From: an uncultured Gammaproteobacteria bacterium
GTDB taxonomy: Bacteria > Patescibacteriota > Patescibacteriia > 2-12-FULL-57-11
Assembly (NCBI GenBank): GCA_964648865.1
Contig: CAZYLV010000005.1
Span: forward strand, 6,360-70,359
Direction: 5' to 3'
DNA length: 64,000 bases
Within the stretch, counting starts at the first letter, position 1, and each line of letters starts with the position of its first letter. Under the pieces are notes generated by a model. The model was given only the letters and a program-made list of their open reading frames with translations. It was not told the origin of the DNA and did not search any database. Of this stretch, positions 8,785 to 17,504 are shown piece after piece. The translations under genes and the position numbers were made by a program.

Positions 8785-8813
8785 GTTCTACTAGAAAACG
8801 GTCGCCGCGTCAA
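8785..8813 (-). promoter_or_regulatory. sigma70-type promoter for the putative ncRNA
   Basis: Minus strand TTGACG-CGGCGACCGTTTTCTAG-TAGAAC, 17-nt spacer; -10 box is imperfect. Confidence 0.5.
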
Positions 8814-8885
8814 GGGCTTGCTCTCGCATGAAGGGGTTGGCACGGCGTGTATTTTCTGGTAGCTTCCGCGCCACGGAGGTGAACG

Positions 8886-9089
8886 ATGGAGGGCACGGTC
8901 GTGTACTGGTCCGCGAAGCGGAAGTGGGGGCGGATCAAGGCGGATGAGGACGGCCGGACCTACGGCTTCCGCAAGGCCTGGGTCGCCGAGGCGCATCGGA
9001 GCCGGACGTTCACGCGCGGGGAGCGTGTGCGCTTCCGCGGCGACGAGACGGCCAAGGGCCGCAAGGCCCTCGACGTCGCGCCGCTCTGA
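8886..9089 (+). CDS. cold-shock domain protein (divergent)
   Basis: MEGTVVYW..KRKWGRI...GERVRF...KGRKALDV CSD pattern; GGAGG SD. Confidence 0.75.
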   Translation: MEGTVVYWSAKRKWGRIKADEDGRTYGFRKAWVAEAHRSRTFTRGERVRFRGDETAKGRKALDVAPL

Positions 9090-9188
9090 CGGCACCCCTC
9101 GGCTCGGGACGACGCGCATCTGCAGGAATGCAGGCGCGCCTTTCTTTTCTTGAAGCGCATGCCTCTTTCGGGTACATTTCCGTCGCGC

Positions 9189-9262
9189 TCCGGGGTCGTC
9201 TAACGGTAGGACATGGGCCTTTGGAGCCCAGTATCATGGTTCGAATCCATGCCCCGGAACCA
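9189..9262 (+). tRNA. tRNA-Gln(TTG)
   Basis: TCCGGGGTCGTCTAACGGTAGGAC-TGGGC-CTTTGGA-GCCCA...GGTTCGAATCC...CCCCGGAACCA. Confidence 0.95.
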
Positions 9263-9340
9263 GAACGCTCGACGGAAGTCGGGCGTTTTCGTATTGACGG
9301 AAGGTCTTCCGCGTGGTATGTCCCGGTGCAGGAGGTCCTC

Positions 9341-9760
9341 ATGGAAGATCGTTCGGTGGTACGCGCGGCGGGCATCGTCTACGGCAACGCGGGCGGCACG
9401 GTGCTGCTCGTCAGGGATCCGGACGGCAAGTGGCGCCTGCCCGAGGTGGGCCGCGGCTCCAAGGAGCGGCTGGCCCCGGCGCTCGAGCGCCACCTGCGCG
9501 AGGAGTACGGCCTGCCGTGCGTCGTCCAGGAGGGCGAGATGCGCTGGGTCACCGAGCCGCACGTGGACGACGGACGCGCCGTGGTGGTCCACTTCGAGGC
9601 GCGTGCCTCGACCAACGAGCTGCAGCCCAACGGCCACGAGGTACGCTGGGTCTTCGACCAGGACGCCATCGACCTGGCCGAGCGCCAGGAGATGGCCTTC
9701 GACACGGCCCACATCCTGCGCCTCGTCACCAAGTGGCGGCTGCCGATGATCAAGCCCTGA
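9341..9760 (+). CDS. NUDIX-fold protein (degenerate Nudix box)
   Basis: VLLVR...GKWRLPEVG...E...ALERHLREEYGL; GGAGG SD. Confidence 0.65.
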   Translation: MEDRSVVRAAGIVYGNAGGTVLLVRDPDGKWRLPEVGRGSKERLAPALERHLREEYGLPCVVQEGEMRWVTEPHVDDGRAVVVHFEARASTNELQPNGHEVRWVFDQDAIDLAERQEMAFDTAHILRLVTKWRLPMIKP

Positions 9761-9859
9761 CCGTCGCCTGCCGTCGCCGCGCCGATGCCCTCGGCGTTCC
9801 TTTTTTTCTCGGGAGGCGCTACGGTGCGCGACGTCCGATGTCGGACAGGAGGAGGAGAG

Positions 9860-10537
9860 ATGTCCGGAGTGGATTCGACGGCGCTTCGTGACCTGTTCCT
9901 TGCGATGGGCAGGGACGAAGAGGCGGCCAACCGGCTGTTCCTGGAAGTCTATCGGCTCTGCGCGCTCGTCGAGCGCCGTGGGACCTATCCGCTGCTGCGC
10001 CCCGCGGACGATGACGAGGAGCTGCTCCTGGCGGGCAGGGGACGGGCGGCCTGCGTGCGGTTCTTCGGCGAGATCGCCCTGGGTTGGGAGACGCTCCCGC
10101 TGTCCGATCCCGCGCTGTTCCTCTGCGGCAGAGGGCACGATGCCACGGACACCGTGGCCATCGACGCAGAGCTCGGTCCCTCGCGGAGCGGTTGCGACCC
10201 GGCGAGCGACGCCTTGACCGGCTTCATCGCCGAGAAGGGGTCGGGCGCCGAGCGCAACGCCGTGCTCCAGGAGCTGGAGGCGGCGGCGCCGTGGCGCGCG
10301 GCGTTCTCCTGCATCAACCGGGGGATCGAGCGACGCACCCAGGTGCCCTGGGCGCAGGAACGCCTGCGGCAGACCTTCCGGCTGGCGGTCCAGGATTTCC
10401 TGCGGCTACACGCCGTCTCGACGCTCCTCGGCGACCCCATGGCCGGGCGCACCGCGCCCATCGTCGGCATGCTGCACGAGTGCGTGCCGTTGCTCGTCCG
10501 CTGCGCCCCGCTGCGTCTCGTGGTCCTGATCGGCTGA
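9860..10537 (+). CDS. hypothetical protein
   Basis: Strong GGAGGAG SD, GC-rich third positions, followed by a terminator element. Confidence 0.6.
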   Translation: MSGVDSTALRDLFLAMGRDEEAANRLFLEVYRLCALVERRGTYPLLRPADDDEELLLAGRGRAACVRFFGEIALGWETLPLSDPALFLCGRGHDATDTVAIDAELGPSRSGCDPASDALTGFIAEKGSGAERNAVLQELEAAAPWRAAFSCINRGIERRTQVPWAQERLRQTFRLAVQDFLRLHAVSTLLGDPMAGRTAPIVGMLHECVPLLVRCAPLRLVVLIG

Positions 10538-10540
10538 CAC

Positions 10541-10612
10541 GTTCCCTCGGCCTCACCGGAGGTATCGGCCTCGGGACGCCGCGCACGGAGGACATGCGCG
10601 GCGTTTTCTTTT
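10541..10612 (+). repeat. conserved 3' element/terminator, copy 1
   Basis: Similar to 28394-28464: GTTCCYTCGGCCTCACCGGAGGTRTCRGCCTCRGGACGCCGCRCA...TGYGCGGCG plus a T-run. Confidence 0.8.
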
Positions 10613-10639
10613 GCCCGCGTTCCGGTTACGCTGTCCGCC

Positions 10640-11527
10640 ATGGACGCCGCGTATATCCGTCGACGGCTATTGGCTTGGTACGCCCGCCACGGGCGGGTGC
10701 TGCCGTGGCGCGGCGAGACCGACCCGTACCGCATCCTGGTATCCGAAGTGATGCTCCAGCAGACGCAGGTCGACCGGGTCATCCCGTTCTACGGGCGCTT
10801 CATGGAAGGTTTCCCGACGGTCGAGGTGTTGGCCGCCGCGCCGGCGGCCGACGTCATCCGCTCGTGGGGCGGGCTCGGCTACAACCGCCGGGCGCTCTTC
10901 CTCCAAAAGACCGCGCAGGCCGTCGTGGCGCGCCGCGGATGGCCGCGGACCGTCGAGGGCTTGCGGGAGCTGCCGGGCGTCGGCGCGTACACCAGCCGCG
11001 CGCTGGCGGCCTTCGCCTTCGGGCAGCGCGTCTCGGTGCTCGACGTCAACGTGCGCCGCTGGGTGCAGCGCGTGCTGTTCGGCCCCGAGTGGAAGCGGGG
11101 AGCGAAGGACGATGCCACGCTGCAGGCCGCGGCCGACGCGCTCGTCCCGGAGCGGCGCAGCTACGATTGGAACCAGGCCATCATGGATTTCGGCGCCGCC
11201 GTGTGCACGGCGCGCTCGCCGGACTGCGCCGCCTGCCCGTTCGCGGACGTCTGCAAGGCGCGGCCGGCCATCGCCCGACGGGGGAGCGCGGTCACGGCAC
11301 CGCGCAAGAGACGCGCCGTCCCGTTCAAGCAGACCCAGCGCTACGTGCGCGGCATGGTGCTCCTGTTGCTGCGCGAGGGCCGCACGCCGCTGCCGATGCC
11401 GCGTCTCCTCGCGGAACTCCACGGCCGCGACGCGGCCATCGTGCCGCCGCGCGCCGCCAAAGCCGTTTCGGCGCTGGCTGCCGACGGTCTCATCCGTGTC
11501 GCCAAGGGGAGCGTGCGCCTGCCGTGA
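10640..11527 (+). CDS. mutY: A/G-specific adenine glycosylase
   Basis: LPWR, PYRILVSEVMLQQTQV, LGYNRRA, LPGVGAYT, DVNVRR, and the C-x6-C-x2-C-x5-C FeS motif. Confidence 0.92.
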   Translation: MDAAYIRRRLLAWYARHGRVLPWRGETDPYRILVSEVMLQQTQVDRVIPFYGRFMEGFPTVEVLAAAPAADVIRSWGGLGYNRRALFLQKTAQAVVARRGWPRTVEGLRELPGVGAYTSRALAAFAFGQRVSVLDVNVRRWVQRVLFGPEWKRGAKDDATLQAAADALVPERRSYDWNQAIMDFGAAVCTARSPDCAACPFADVCKARPAIARRGSAVTAPRKRRAVPFKQTQRYVRGMVLLLLREGRTPLPMPRLLAELHGRDAAIVPPRAAKAVSALAADGLIRVAKGSVRLP

Positions 11528-11597
11528 GGGATTGACAGGCGGCCGATTCCGTGGAAGGGTGGCGCCACCCCACGACGGGGAGAAGGAGTTGACAACC

Positions 11598-12674
11598 ATG
11601 GACGGAACGGAGGAGACGCGCTCGCTCGAGGAGTCGTACAAGCGGTTCCTGGAGCGGGTCGTGGCGTCGGCGCGCTCTGCGGGGGTGATCGACAACGCGG
11701 GGCTCTTCACGCAGTACCCGCACAAGCGCCTCTTCGAGGCCTACAAGGACGAGCCCAAGAGCCGGGCCGCGCTGCTCGCGGCGAACTCGAAGATGCCCTT
11801 CGAGATCGCCGAGCACCTGGACGTCGCGGGCTGCATCCAGGTCTTCGACATCGCCCTCGACAAGCTCAAGGAGGCCACGCCCGACAAGGTGTTCGAGAAG
11901 GTGACCCCCGCGGAGCTGGTCCGCATGACGGACAACAAGGAGCTCTGGGAGTACGTCGAGGGCAAGAAGTGGTACCTCACGGAGTCGTCGGAGCACCGTC
12001 AGCTCGCGCGAGAGCTGCTCGCCGCATGCAAGGAGTTCCAGCTCGGCGGCGGACCGACGCGCACGCTCCACGCCATCGAGGACAGCATAGGCATCGACGC
12101 CTACGTCGAGCATCTGCCGAAGGCGGCTCTCGCGGCGATCATCCGCGCGGCGCGCGAGCTGGGTGACGGCAAGCTCGCCGGCAAGCCGATTCCCTTCACG
12201 GTCGACGCGATGGCCGAGGCCGCCGGCACGGACGTGCTCGCGGATCACCTGCCGCTGCCCGTCCTGGTGCGGCCGATCCACGCCTTCGCCAAGGCGGCCG
12301 GCTGGATCGTCGAGGCATCGGAGCCGGAGGCGGCCAAGGAGCCCGCTCCGGCCGACGGCAAGGACCAGGAGGCGATCGAGAAGCTCGTCAACCCGCCGAC
12401 CGAGCCGCCGCCCTCGCCGGGCGCCACCCCACCGCCCCTGCCGCCCAAGGCGGAGGGCGCGGAGGTCCGCGAGGACGAGGTCGAGGAGCTCGACGAGCTC
12501 AGCCCCGAGGATGCCGCGGCGCTGGCCGCGCTCGAGGAGGGCAAGAAGGGCGAGGAGCTCGTGCTCGAGGACTTCGGCGAGGACGAGACGGGCGACGGGG
12601 ACAAGACGCAGGTCAAGGGGAACCCCCTGGTCCCGCCGCCCAAGGGCAAGAGGTCCGCCTCCGCCCGCAAGTAG
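11598..12674 (+). CDS. hypothetical protein with Pro-rich/acidic disordered C-terminus
   Basis: AAGGAG SD, strong codon bias, followed by a terminator hairpin. Confidence 0.7.
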   Translation: MDGTEETRSLEESYKRFLERVVASARSAGVIDNAGLFTQYPHKRLFEAYKDEPKSRAALLAANSKMPFEIAEHLDVAGCIQVFDIALDKLKEATPDKVFEKVTPAELVRMTDNKELWEYVEGKKWYLTESSEHRQLARELLAACKEFQLGGGPTRTLHAIEDSIGIDAYVEHLPKAALAAIIRAARELGDGKLAGKPIPFTVDAMAEAAGTDVLADHLPLPVLVRPIHAFAKAAGWIVEASEPEAAKEPAPADGKDQEAIEKLVNPPTEPPPSPGATPPPLPPKAEGAEVREDEVEELDELSPEDAAALAALEEGKKGEELVLEDFGEDETGDGDKTQVKGNPLVPPPKGKRSASARK

Positions 12675-12738
12675 ACGCCGCGGCCGCGGAGGCCGCACCC
12701 GCGCCGGATGCGCGGTTTTTTCTTTGTCCGAAGGGGAT

Positions 12739-12766
12739 TGACATTTCGCCCGCGATGTGGTATATT
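12739..12766 (+). promoter_or_regulatory. sigma70 promoter
   Basis: TTGACA ... TGgTATATT. Confidence 0.6.
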
Positions 12767-12849
12767 CGCGGGCGTCGGAAACGTGTCGTACGTACGTGCA
12801 CGGTGCCGAAAAGGTCGATTCACTCAAACCGTTCGTTCGAAACGCACGT

Positions 12850-13191
12850 ATGGCTTACGGCAACCAGTCCTTCGGGACCCGCCAGATGGTCAATGTGTCG
12901 GACATGGGCCTCTCCTGCGCCGGCTGCGGCGTCGGGATCACCGAGCTGCCCTTCCGTCCGACCTCCGACCGTCCGGTCTACTGCCGCGATTGCAACCGCA
13001 ACCGCCGGCAGTCGGACCGCCCCGCGATGGGCGACCGCCCCCCGCGCCAGATGGTCGACGTCTCGGCGATGGGCCTCTCCTGCGCCGGCTGCGGCGTCGG
13101 GATCACGGAACTCCCGTTCCAGCCCTCGTCCGACCGCCCCGTCTACTGCCGCGATTGCAACCGCAACCGCCGGCAGGGCGGCTCCTTCTAA
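12850..13191 (+). CDS. tandem CxxC-x17-CxxC zinc-ribbon protein
   Basis: Two nearly identical CAGC-GVGITELPF.P.SDRPVY-CRDC units. Confidence 0.88.
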   Translation: MAYGNQSFGTRQMVNVSDMGLSCAGCGVGITELPFRPTSDRPVYCRDCNRNRRQSDRPAMGDRPPRQMVDVSAMGLSCAGCGVGITELPFQPSSDRPVYCRDCNRNRRQGGSF

Positions 13192-13265
13192 CCGGAAGGA
13201 CACCGAACCCCGTCATCCGACGGGGTTTTTGGTTTGTCCGCGTGGCGGTGCTATAGTGGTCCGGT

Positions 13266-13529
13266 ATGGCATTGCTCGAATTCTACGGACGCGAGTGCCC
13301 GCATTGCATGCGGATGAAGCCGCTGATCGAACGGCTCCAGAAGGAGACGGGAGTGGAGGTACAGAGCTTCGAGGTCTGGCATGACGATGCCAACGCCGCC
13401 AAGATGGAGGAGTACGACAAGGGGATCTGCGGCGGCGTGCCGTTCTTCCACAACACCGGCACGGGGGAGAGCATCTGCGGCGAGGTGCCGTACGAGGAGC
13501 TCAAGAAGTGGGCAGGGGCCAAGACGTAG
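13266..13529 (+). CDS. thioredoxin family protein
   Basis: EFYGRECPHC active site and GVPFF cis-Pro loop. Confidence 0.85.
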   Translation: MALLEFYGRECPHCMRMKPLIERLQKETGVEVQSFEVWHDDANAAKMEEYDKGICGGVPFFHNTGTGESICGEVPYEELKKWAGAKT

Positions 13530-13534
13530 CGCGT

Positions 13535-14554
13535 ATGGGGAACCCGGCAGCAGTCGCGGGAGGGCTCCTCGGTGTGGCGCTCTTTTCGTTTCCGCGGGTC
13601 GCCGCGGCGCATGAGCGCTGGTTCGTGGACGGCGCGACGGCGCCGGCGCCCGCCACCTTCGCGTCCTACGGCGTCCACGCCGCCGTGGCTGCCGTGGCCA
13701 TCGTGCTGCTGCTCGCCGTCGCCCGGCTGCTCGACCGTTGGCTGCGGACCATGCAGTTCGGCTCCGGCGCGGCCGCCGCCATGGGCCGGTCGGCGCCCTG
13801 GGCGCCGCTCGTCGTCGGTTGGAGCGTCGCCGTGGTGCTGGTCTCCGTGGCGCTCGACCGCGCCCTGCTCGCGCCGCACCTCACGCTGCCGGACACGCCG
13901 TCCGCCACGGCGCTCGTGGTGGCGCAGCTGCTCACCGCCGCAGCGTTCCTGCTCGGGCTCTTCACGCGCGTCGGCGCGGGCGCGCTCATCGTCTTCGCGG
14001 TCTGGAGTTTCGCGCAGTTCGGCCTGCCGGCGGTGGAGAACCTGCTGTATCTGGGCATCGGATTCTTCCTGTTCGTCTGGGGGCGCGGCCGGCTCTCGCT
14101 GGGCGCGGTCTTCTCGCGCGTGGTCTTCGCCATGGATACGGCGCACATGAAGCCCGTGGCCCTCTCGGTGCTGCGCATCGTCGTCGGCGCCGCGCTGGTC
14201 TGGGGCGCGGCGGACAAGATCATCCATCCCGAGCTGCACCTGCAGCTGCTCGCCGACCATCCCTCCTGGAACCCGCTGTCGCTCATCCGCGCCACCGTCT
14301 GGCCGTCGCTCGGCGAGGAGCTGTATCTCTTCTGCGCGGCCATGGTGGAGGTGGCCGCGGGCCTGCTGCTCATGTCCGGCTGGTTGTTGCGCCCGGTCGC
14401 CGCCGGACTCCTCGCCCTCTTCGTCATCTCGCCGCTTTTCCTGTTCGGTCGTGAGCGTACCGTCGACATCATCGGCCACCTGCCCTTCATGGCCGCCATG
14501 CTGACGTTCGTGCTCCTCGGCAAGACGGTCGAGCGTTCCGACCGGCTGCTGTAA
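13535..14554 (+). CDS. DoxX-family multi-pass membrane protein
   Basis: AHERWF N-terminus, LLGLFTR, many TM helices, IGHLP; next to the thioredoxin gene. Confidence 0.7.
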   Translation: MGNPAAVAGGLLGVALFSFPRVAAAHERWFVDGATAPAPATFASYGVHAAVAAVAIVLLLAVARLLDRWLRTMQFGSGAAAAMGRSAPWAPLVVGWSVAVVLVSVALDRALLAPHLTLPDTPSATALVVAQLLTAAAFLLGLFTRVGAGALIVFAVWSFAQFGLPAVENLLYLGIGFFLFVWGRGRLSLGAVFSRVVFAMDTAHMKPVALSVLRIVVGAALVWGAADKIIHPELHLQLLADHPSWNPLSLIRATVWPSLGEELYLFCAAMVEVAAGLLLMSGWLLRPVAAGLLALFVISPLFLFGRERTVDIIGHLPFMAAMLTFVLLGKTVERSDRLL

Positions 14555-14608
14555 CCGGCGGCGGTCCCGGCGGTATACGGGATCAGACATCTCACATCAC
14601 GCACCTCT

Positions 14609-15406
14609 ATGCACAGCCGTTTCGCATCCGCCGTCGCCCTGGGCCTCGCCGCCCAGCTGCTCACGGCGCCGCTGGCCGCCCTCGCGCAGGAGACGGGCAG
14701 CGTCGACACGACGTCCTGCGCCAATCCCCGTGCGGCCGAGGTCGTGGCCCGCATCGCGGAGAAGGAGGCCGCGCTCGACGCCCGGCGGCGGGACGCGTCC
14801 ACCAAGCTTGCTGAGCGCCGCGCCGCGCAGGACGGCCGTCTCGAGGCCAAGCGCGCCGAGCGTGACGGTGCCGTCGCAAAGCGCCGCAGCGAGGTCGATG
14901 CCCGCATCGCCGAGCGCAAGGCAAAGGCCGAGGACCGCGCCGAGGACGACGCCGACGTCCGGGCCATCAACGGGGCGTTCGCGGCCGCGGTCGAATCCGC
15001 GCTGGGTGCGTATCGCGCCTCCGTGGAGACGCAGCTCGCCGCGCGGCGCGCGGCCGTGGATGAGGCGCTCGAGACGCGCCGCGCCGCCATCGACGCCGCC
15101 GCAGCCACGCGCAAAGCCGCGGTGGACCAGGCCGTCGCGTCCTTCAAGGATGCGGTCTGCGACACGACCGACAAGGCCGCCGCCGAAGCCGCTCGCGCGG
15201 CGCTCAAGGATGCCGTGGCCGCCGCGCGTTCCGGGTTCGTGACCGCGGCGCAGCAGGCCAACGCGGCATTCAAGGACAGCCGTAAGGGCGCGGTGGCGAC
15301 TTTCAAGGATGCGACGGAAGGCGCCCGCGGCACGCTCAAGGCGGCCCTCGAGGCTGCGCGCGCCACGCGCAAGGCAGCGCTCGAGGCGCTCCGCGACGCC
15401 TCCTGA
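14609..15406 (+). CDS. secreted Ala/Arg-rich coiled-coil protein
   Basis: Signal peptide (..ALA-Q) and long helical repeats typical of CPR surface proteins. Confidence 0.7.
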   Translation: MHSRFASAVALGLAAQLLTAPLAALAQETGSVDTTSCANPRAAEVVARIAEKEAALDARRRDASTKLAERRAAQDGRLEAKRAERDGAVAKRRSEVDARIAERKAKAEDRAEDDADVRAINGAFAAAVESALGAYRASVETQLAARRAAVDEALETRRAAIDAAAATRKAAVDQAVASFKDAVCDTTDKAAAEAARAALKDAVAAARSGFVTAAQQANAAFKDSRKGAVATFKDATEGARGTLKAALEAARATRKAALEALRDAS

Positions 15407-15417
15407 CGCGCGACAAC

Positions 15418-15448
15418 GAGAAGCCCCGGCCTCAGGCCGGGGCTTCTC
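15418..15448. terminator. hairpin between convergent genes
   Basis: GAGAAGCCCCGGCC-TCA-GGCCGGGGCTTCTC inverted repeat. Confidence 0.65.
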
Positions 15449-15851
15449 ATGTCAGCGGGAGCGACTCCAGGTATTCGATGAGCCGGTCGCGCGCCAGTTG
15501 GCGCTTCGACGCGGCGGTGTGCTCCTTGATCGGCGTCACGCGCCGGGCGCGTCCGCGCATCTCCTCTTCCTTCTTGAGCGCCTCGATGTATCCGACGGCC
15601 TCATCACGGACGGCCGCCGTACCCTCGCCGCGCACCAGCGCCCGCATGGCGGCCGCGCGGTCGCGCTTGTCCTGCGCCGCGTCCCGGTCCGAGGCCCGGT
15701 CGTACCCCGTGGCCTGACGCTCCAGCCACTCCGCGACTTCCTCCATGGTCCGGAGCGCCTCGTCGCGGCCCATGCGGCCCATGCCCTTCTTCTCGCGGAA
15801 GGAGGGGTCCATCATCTCCAGGAAGCGGTTGCCGCGTTCCGTGCCGGCCAT
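15447..15851 (-). CDS. hypothetical helical protein
   Basis: Directly follows the LOG gene in the same orientation; GC-rich third positions. Confidence 0.6.
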   Translation of the reverse strand: MAGTERGNRFLEMMDPSFREKKGMGRMGRDEALRTMEEVAEWLERQATGYDRASDRDAAQDKRDRAAAMRALVRGEGTAAVRDEAVGYIEALKKEEEMRGRARRVTPIKEHTAASKRQLARDRLIEYLESLPLT

Positions 15852-15854
15852 AGG

Positions 15855-16586
15855 TCACCCGTTGCCGAAGCGCTTTTCCTTGGTCCGCCTGAGGATGTCG
15901 AAGGCCTCGTGGATGTCGTTGGCGATGGTATAGATCGCCAGGTCGCCCTTGTCGATGGCGTAGTGCTCGCCGAGGACGTGGTGCCGGATCCAACCGTCGA
16001 GCGACCCCCAGTAGTCCCTGCCGACGCAGACGATCTTGATGGGCTCGACCTTCTTGGTCTGGACCAGCGTCACCAGCTCGAAGAACTCGTCGAGGGTGCC
16101 GAAGCCGCCGGGGAAGAAGACGTATGCTTGCGCGGAGATCGAGAGCATGACCTTCCGCGTGAAGAAATAATGGAAGGCCCGCGAGCGCCTGACCCACGGG
16201 TTGGTGCGCTGCTCGTTGGGGAGCTGGATGTTGAGGCCGACCGACTCCCCGCCGCCTTCCACGGCCCCGCGGTTGGCGGCTTCCATGATGCCCGGTCCGC
16301 CGCCGGTGATGACGGTGAAGCCGTCCTCCGCCAGCATCTTGGCGAGCTGCCGGGCTTCCTCGTAATGGTGGTTGGTCTCGCGGAAGCGCGCCGAGCCGAA
16401 GAACGACACCTCGCGGCGCAGCTCGTAGAGGAACTCGAAGCCCTCCACGAACTCCGACATGATGCGGAAGATGCGCCACGAGAACTCCTTGCGGAAATCG
16501 GGGGAGGGCTGGCCGCCTTCCGACGGCACGATGTTGCGGCAGATGCGGGCCAGCTCCTGGTCGGACGGGGCGCGGCGCTTGGGCAT
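15855..16586 (-). CDS. LOG family (TIGR00730) protein
   Basis: FFGSAR, TGGGPGIMEAANRGA, FFTRK, PGGFGTLDEFFE. Confidence 0.92.
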   Translation of the reverse strand: MPKRRAPSDQELARICRNIVPSEGGQPSPDFRKEFSWRIFRIMSEFVEGFEFLYELRREVSFFGSARFRETNHHYEEARQLAKMLAEDGFTVITGGGPGIMEAANRGAVEGGGESVGLNIQLPNEQRTNPWVRRSRAFHYFFTRKVMLSISAQAYVFFPGGFGTLDEFFELVTLVQTKKVEPIKIVCVGRDYWGSLDGWIRHHVLGEHYAIDKGDLAIYTIANDIHEAFDILRRTKEKRFGNG

Positions 16587-16602
16587 ACGCCGCCAGTATA
16601 CC

Positions 16603-17484
16603 TCAGGCCGCGCCGCGGCGCAGCCAATCCGGATCCACGTCGACCTCGAGCTCCAGGAAGACGCGCACATCGAGGACCTGCTCCAGCTCCTTGCGCGCCG
16701 CCCAGCCGATCTCCTTGATCTTGCGGCCGCCGGCGCCGATGATCATGCGCTTGTACTGCGGCGCGCCGGTGAGGATACGCGCCTTGATGTAGCGGATGGG
16801 CTCGCCCTCCTTCGTCTTGCGGTCTTCGATCTCGTCGATGGCCACGGCCGTGGAGTAGGGGATCTCCTCGTGCAGCTGCAGGAAGACCTTCTCGCGGATG
16901 AGCTCGGACAGCCAGAACCGATGGTCGACGTTGGAGAATTGGAACTCCGGATAGAACGGCTCCCCCACGGGGAGCAACGTGAAGGCCGCGTCGAGCAGCG
17001 GCTTGAGGTTGCGATGGCGCAGCGCCGAGATCTCCACCACGCGGTCGAAGCGCTCCGCCAGGCCGCGATACTCCTCGATGAACGGCGTGTCGTGCAGGTC
17101 GGTCTTGTTGATGGCCAGGATCTTGGGCGCCTCCACCCCTTCCAGCATGCGCTGGACGATGCGCTCCTCGTTGCCGATCTCGCGCGTCGGGTCGACGACG
17201 TAGACGACGAGATCGATGCCCTGGAGGGCGTCCCGCGCCGCGGCGTTGAGCCGCTTGGTGAGCGCGTCGCGGGCCATCTCGAAGACGCCAGGCGTGTCCA
17301 CGAAGACGATCTGCCCGCGCGGATCGTGGACGATGCCCTGGATGGCCTGCCGCGTGGTCTGCGGCTTGGGCGTGGTGATGGCCACCTTGGTGCCGACCAG
17401 CGCGTTCAGGAGCGTCGACTTGCCCACGTTGGAGCGGCCGACGAGCACGGCGAAGCCGGATTTCTTCTGGGGAGCGTCTGTCAT
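16603..17484 (-). CDS. era: GTPase Era
   Basis: KSGFAVLVGRSNVGKSTLLN, PQTTR, DTPG, NKTD, and a KH domain (IIGAGGRKIKEIG). Confidence 0.95.
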   Translation of the reverse strand: MTDAPQKKSGFAVLVGRSNVGKSTLLNALVGTKVAITTPKPQTTRQAIQGIVHDPRGQIVFVDTPGVFEMARDALTKRLNAAARDALQGIDLVVYVVDPTREIGNEERIVQRMLEGVEAPKILAINKTDLHDTPFIEEYRGLAERFDRVVEISALRHRNLKPLLDAAFTLLPVGEPFYPEFQFSNVDHRFWLSELIREKVFLQLHEEIPYSTAVAIDEIEDRKTKEGEPIRYIKARILTGAPQYKRMIIGAGGRKIKEIGWAARKELEQVLDVRVFLELEVDVDPDWLRRGAA

Positions 17485-17504
17485 GCGGTGTGTGTACAGG
17501 AGGA

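Noticed and set aside
8183-9119. Overlapping ORFs across the ftsX-cold-shock gap (8183-8782 -, 8317-8862 +, 8367-9119 -)
   Set aside because: They lack codon bias and motifs and overlap real genes. The region is better explained by RNA structure.
12880-13180. DGR template/variable repeat pair
   Set aside because: Both copies lie in frame within one ORF, the differences are not adenine-specific, and there is no reverse transcriptase in the window.
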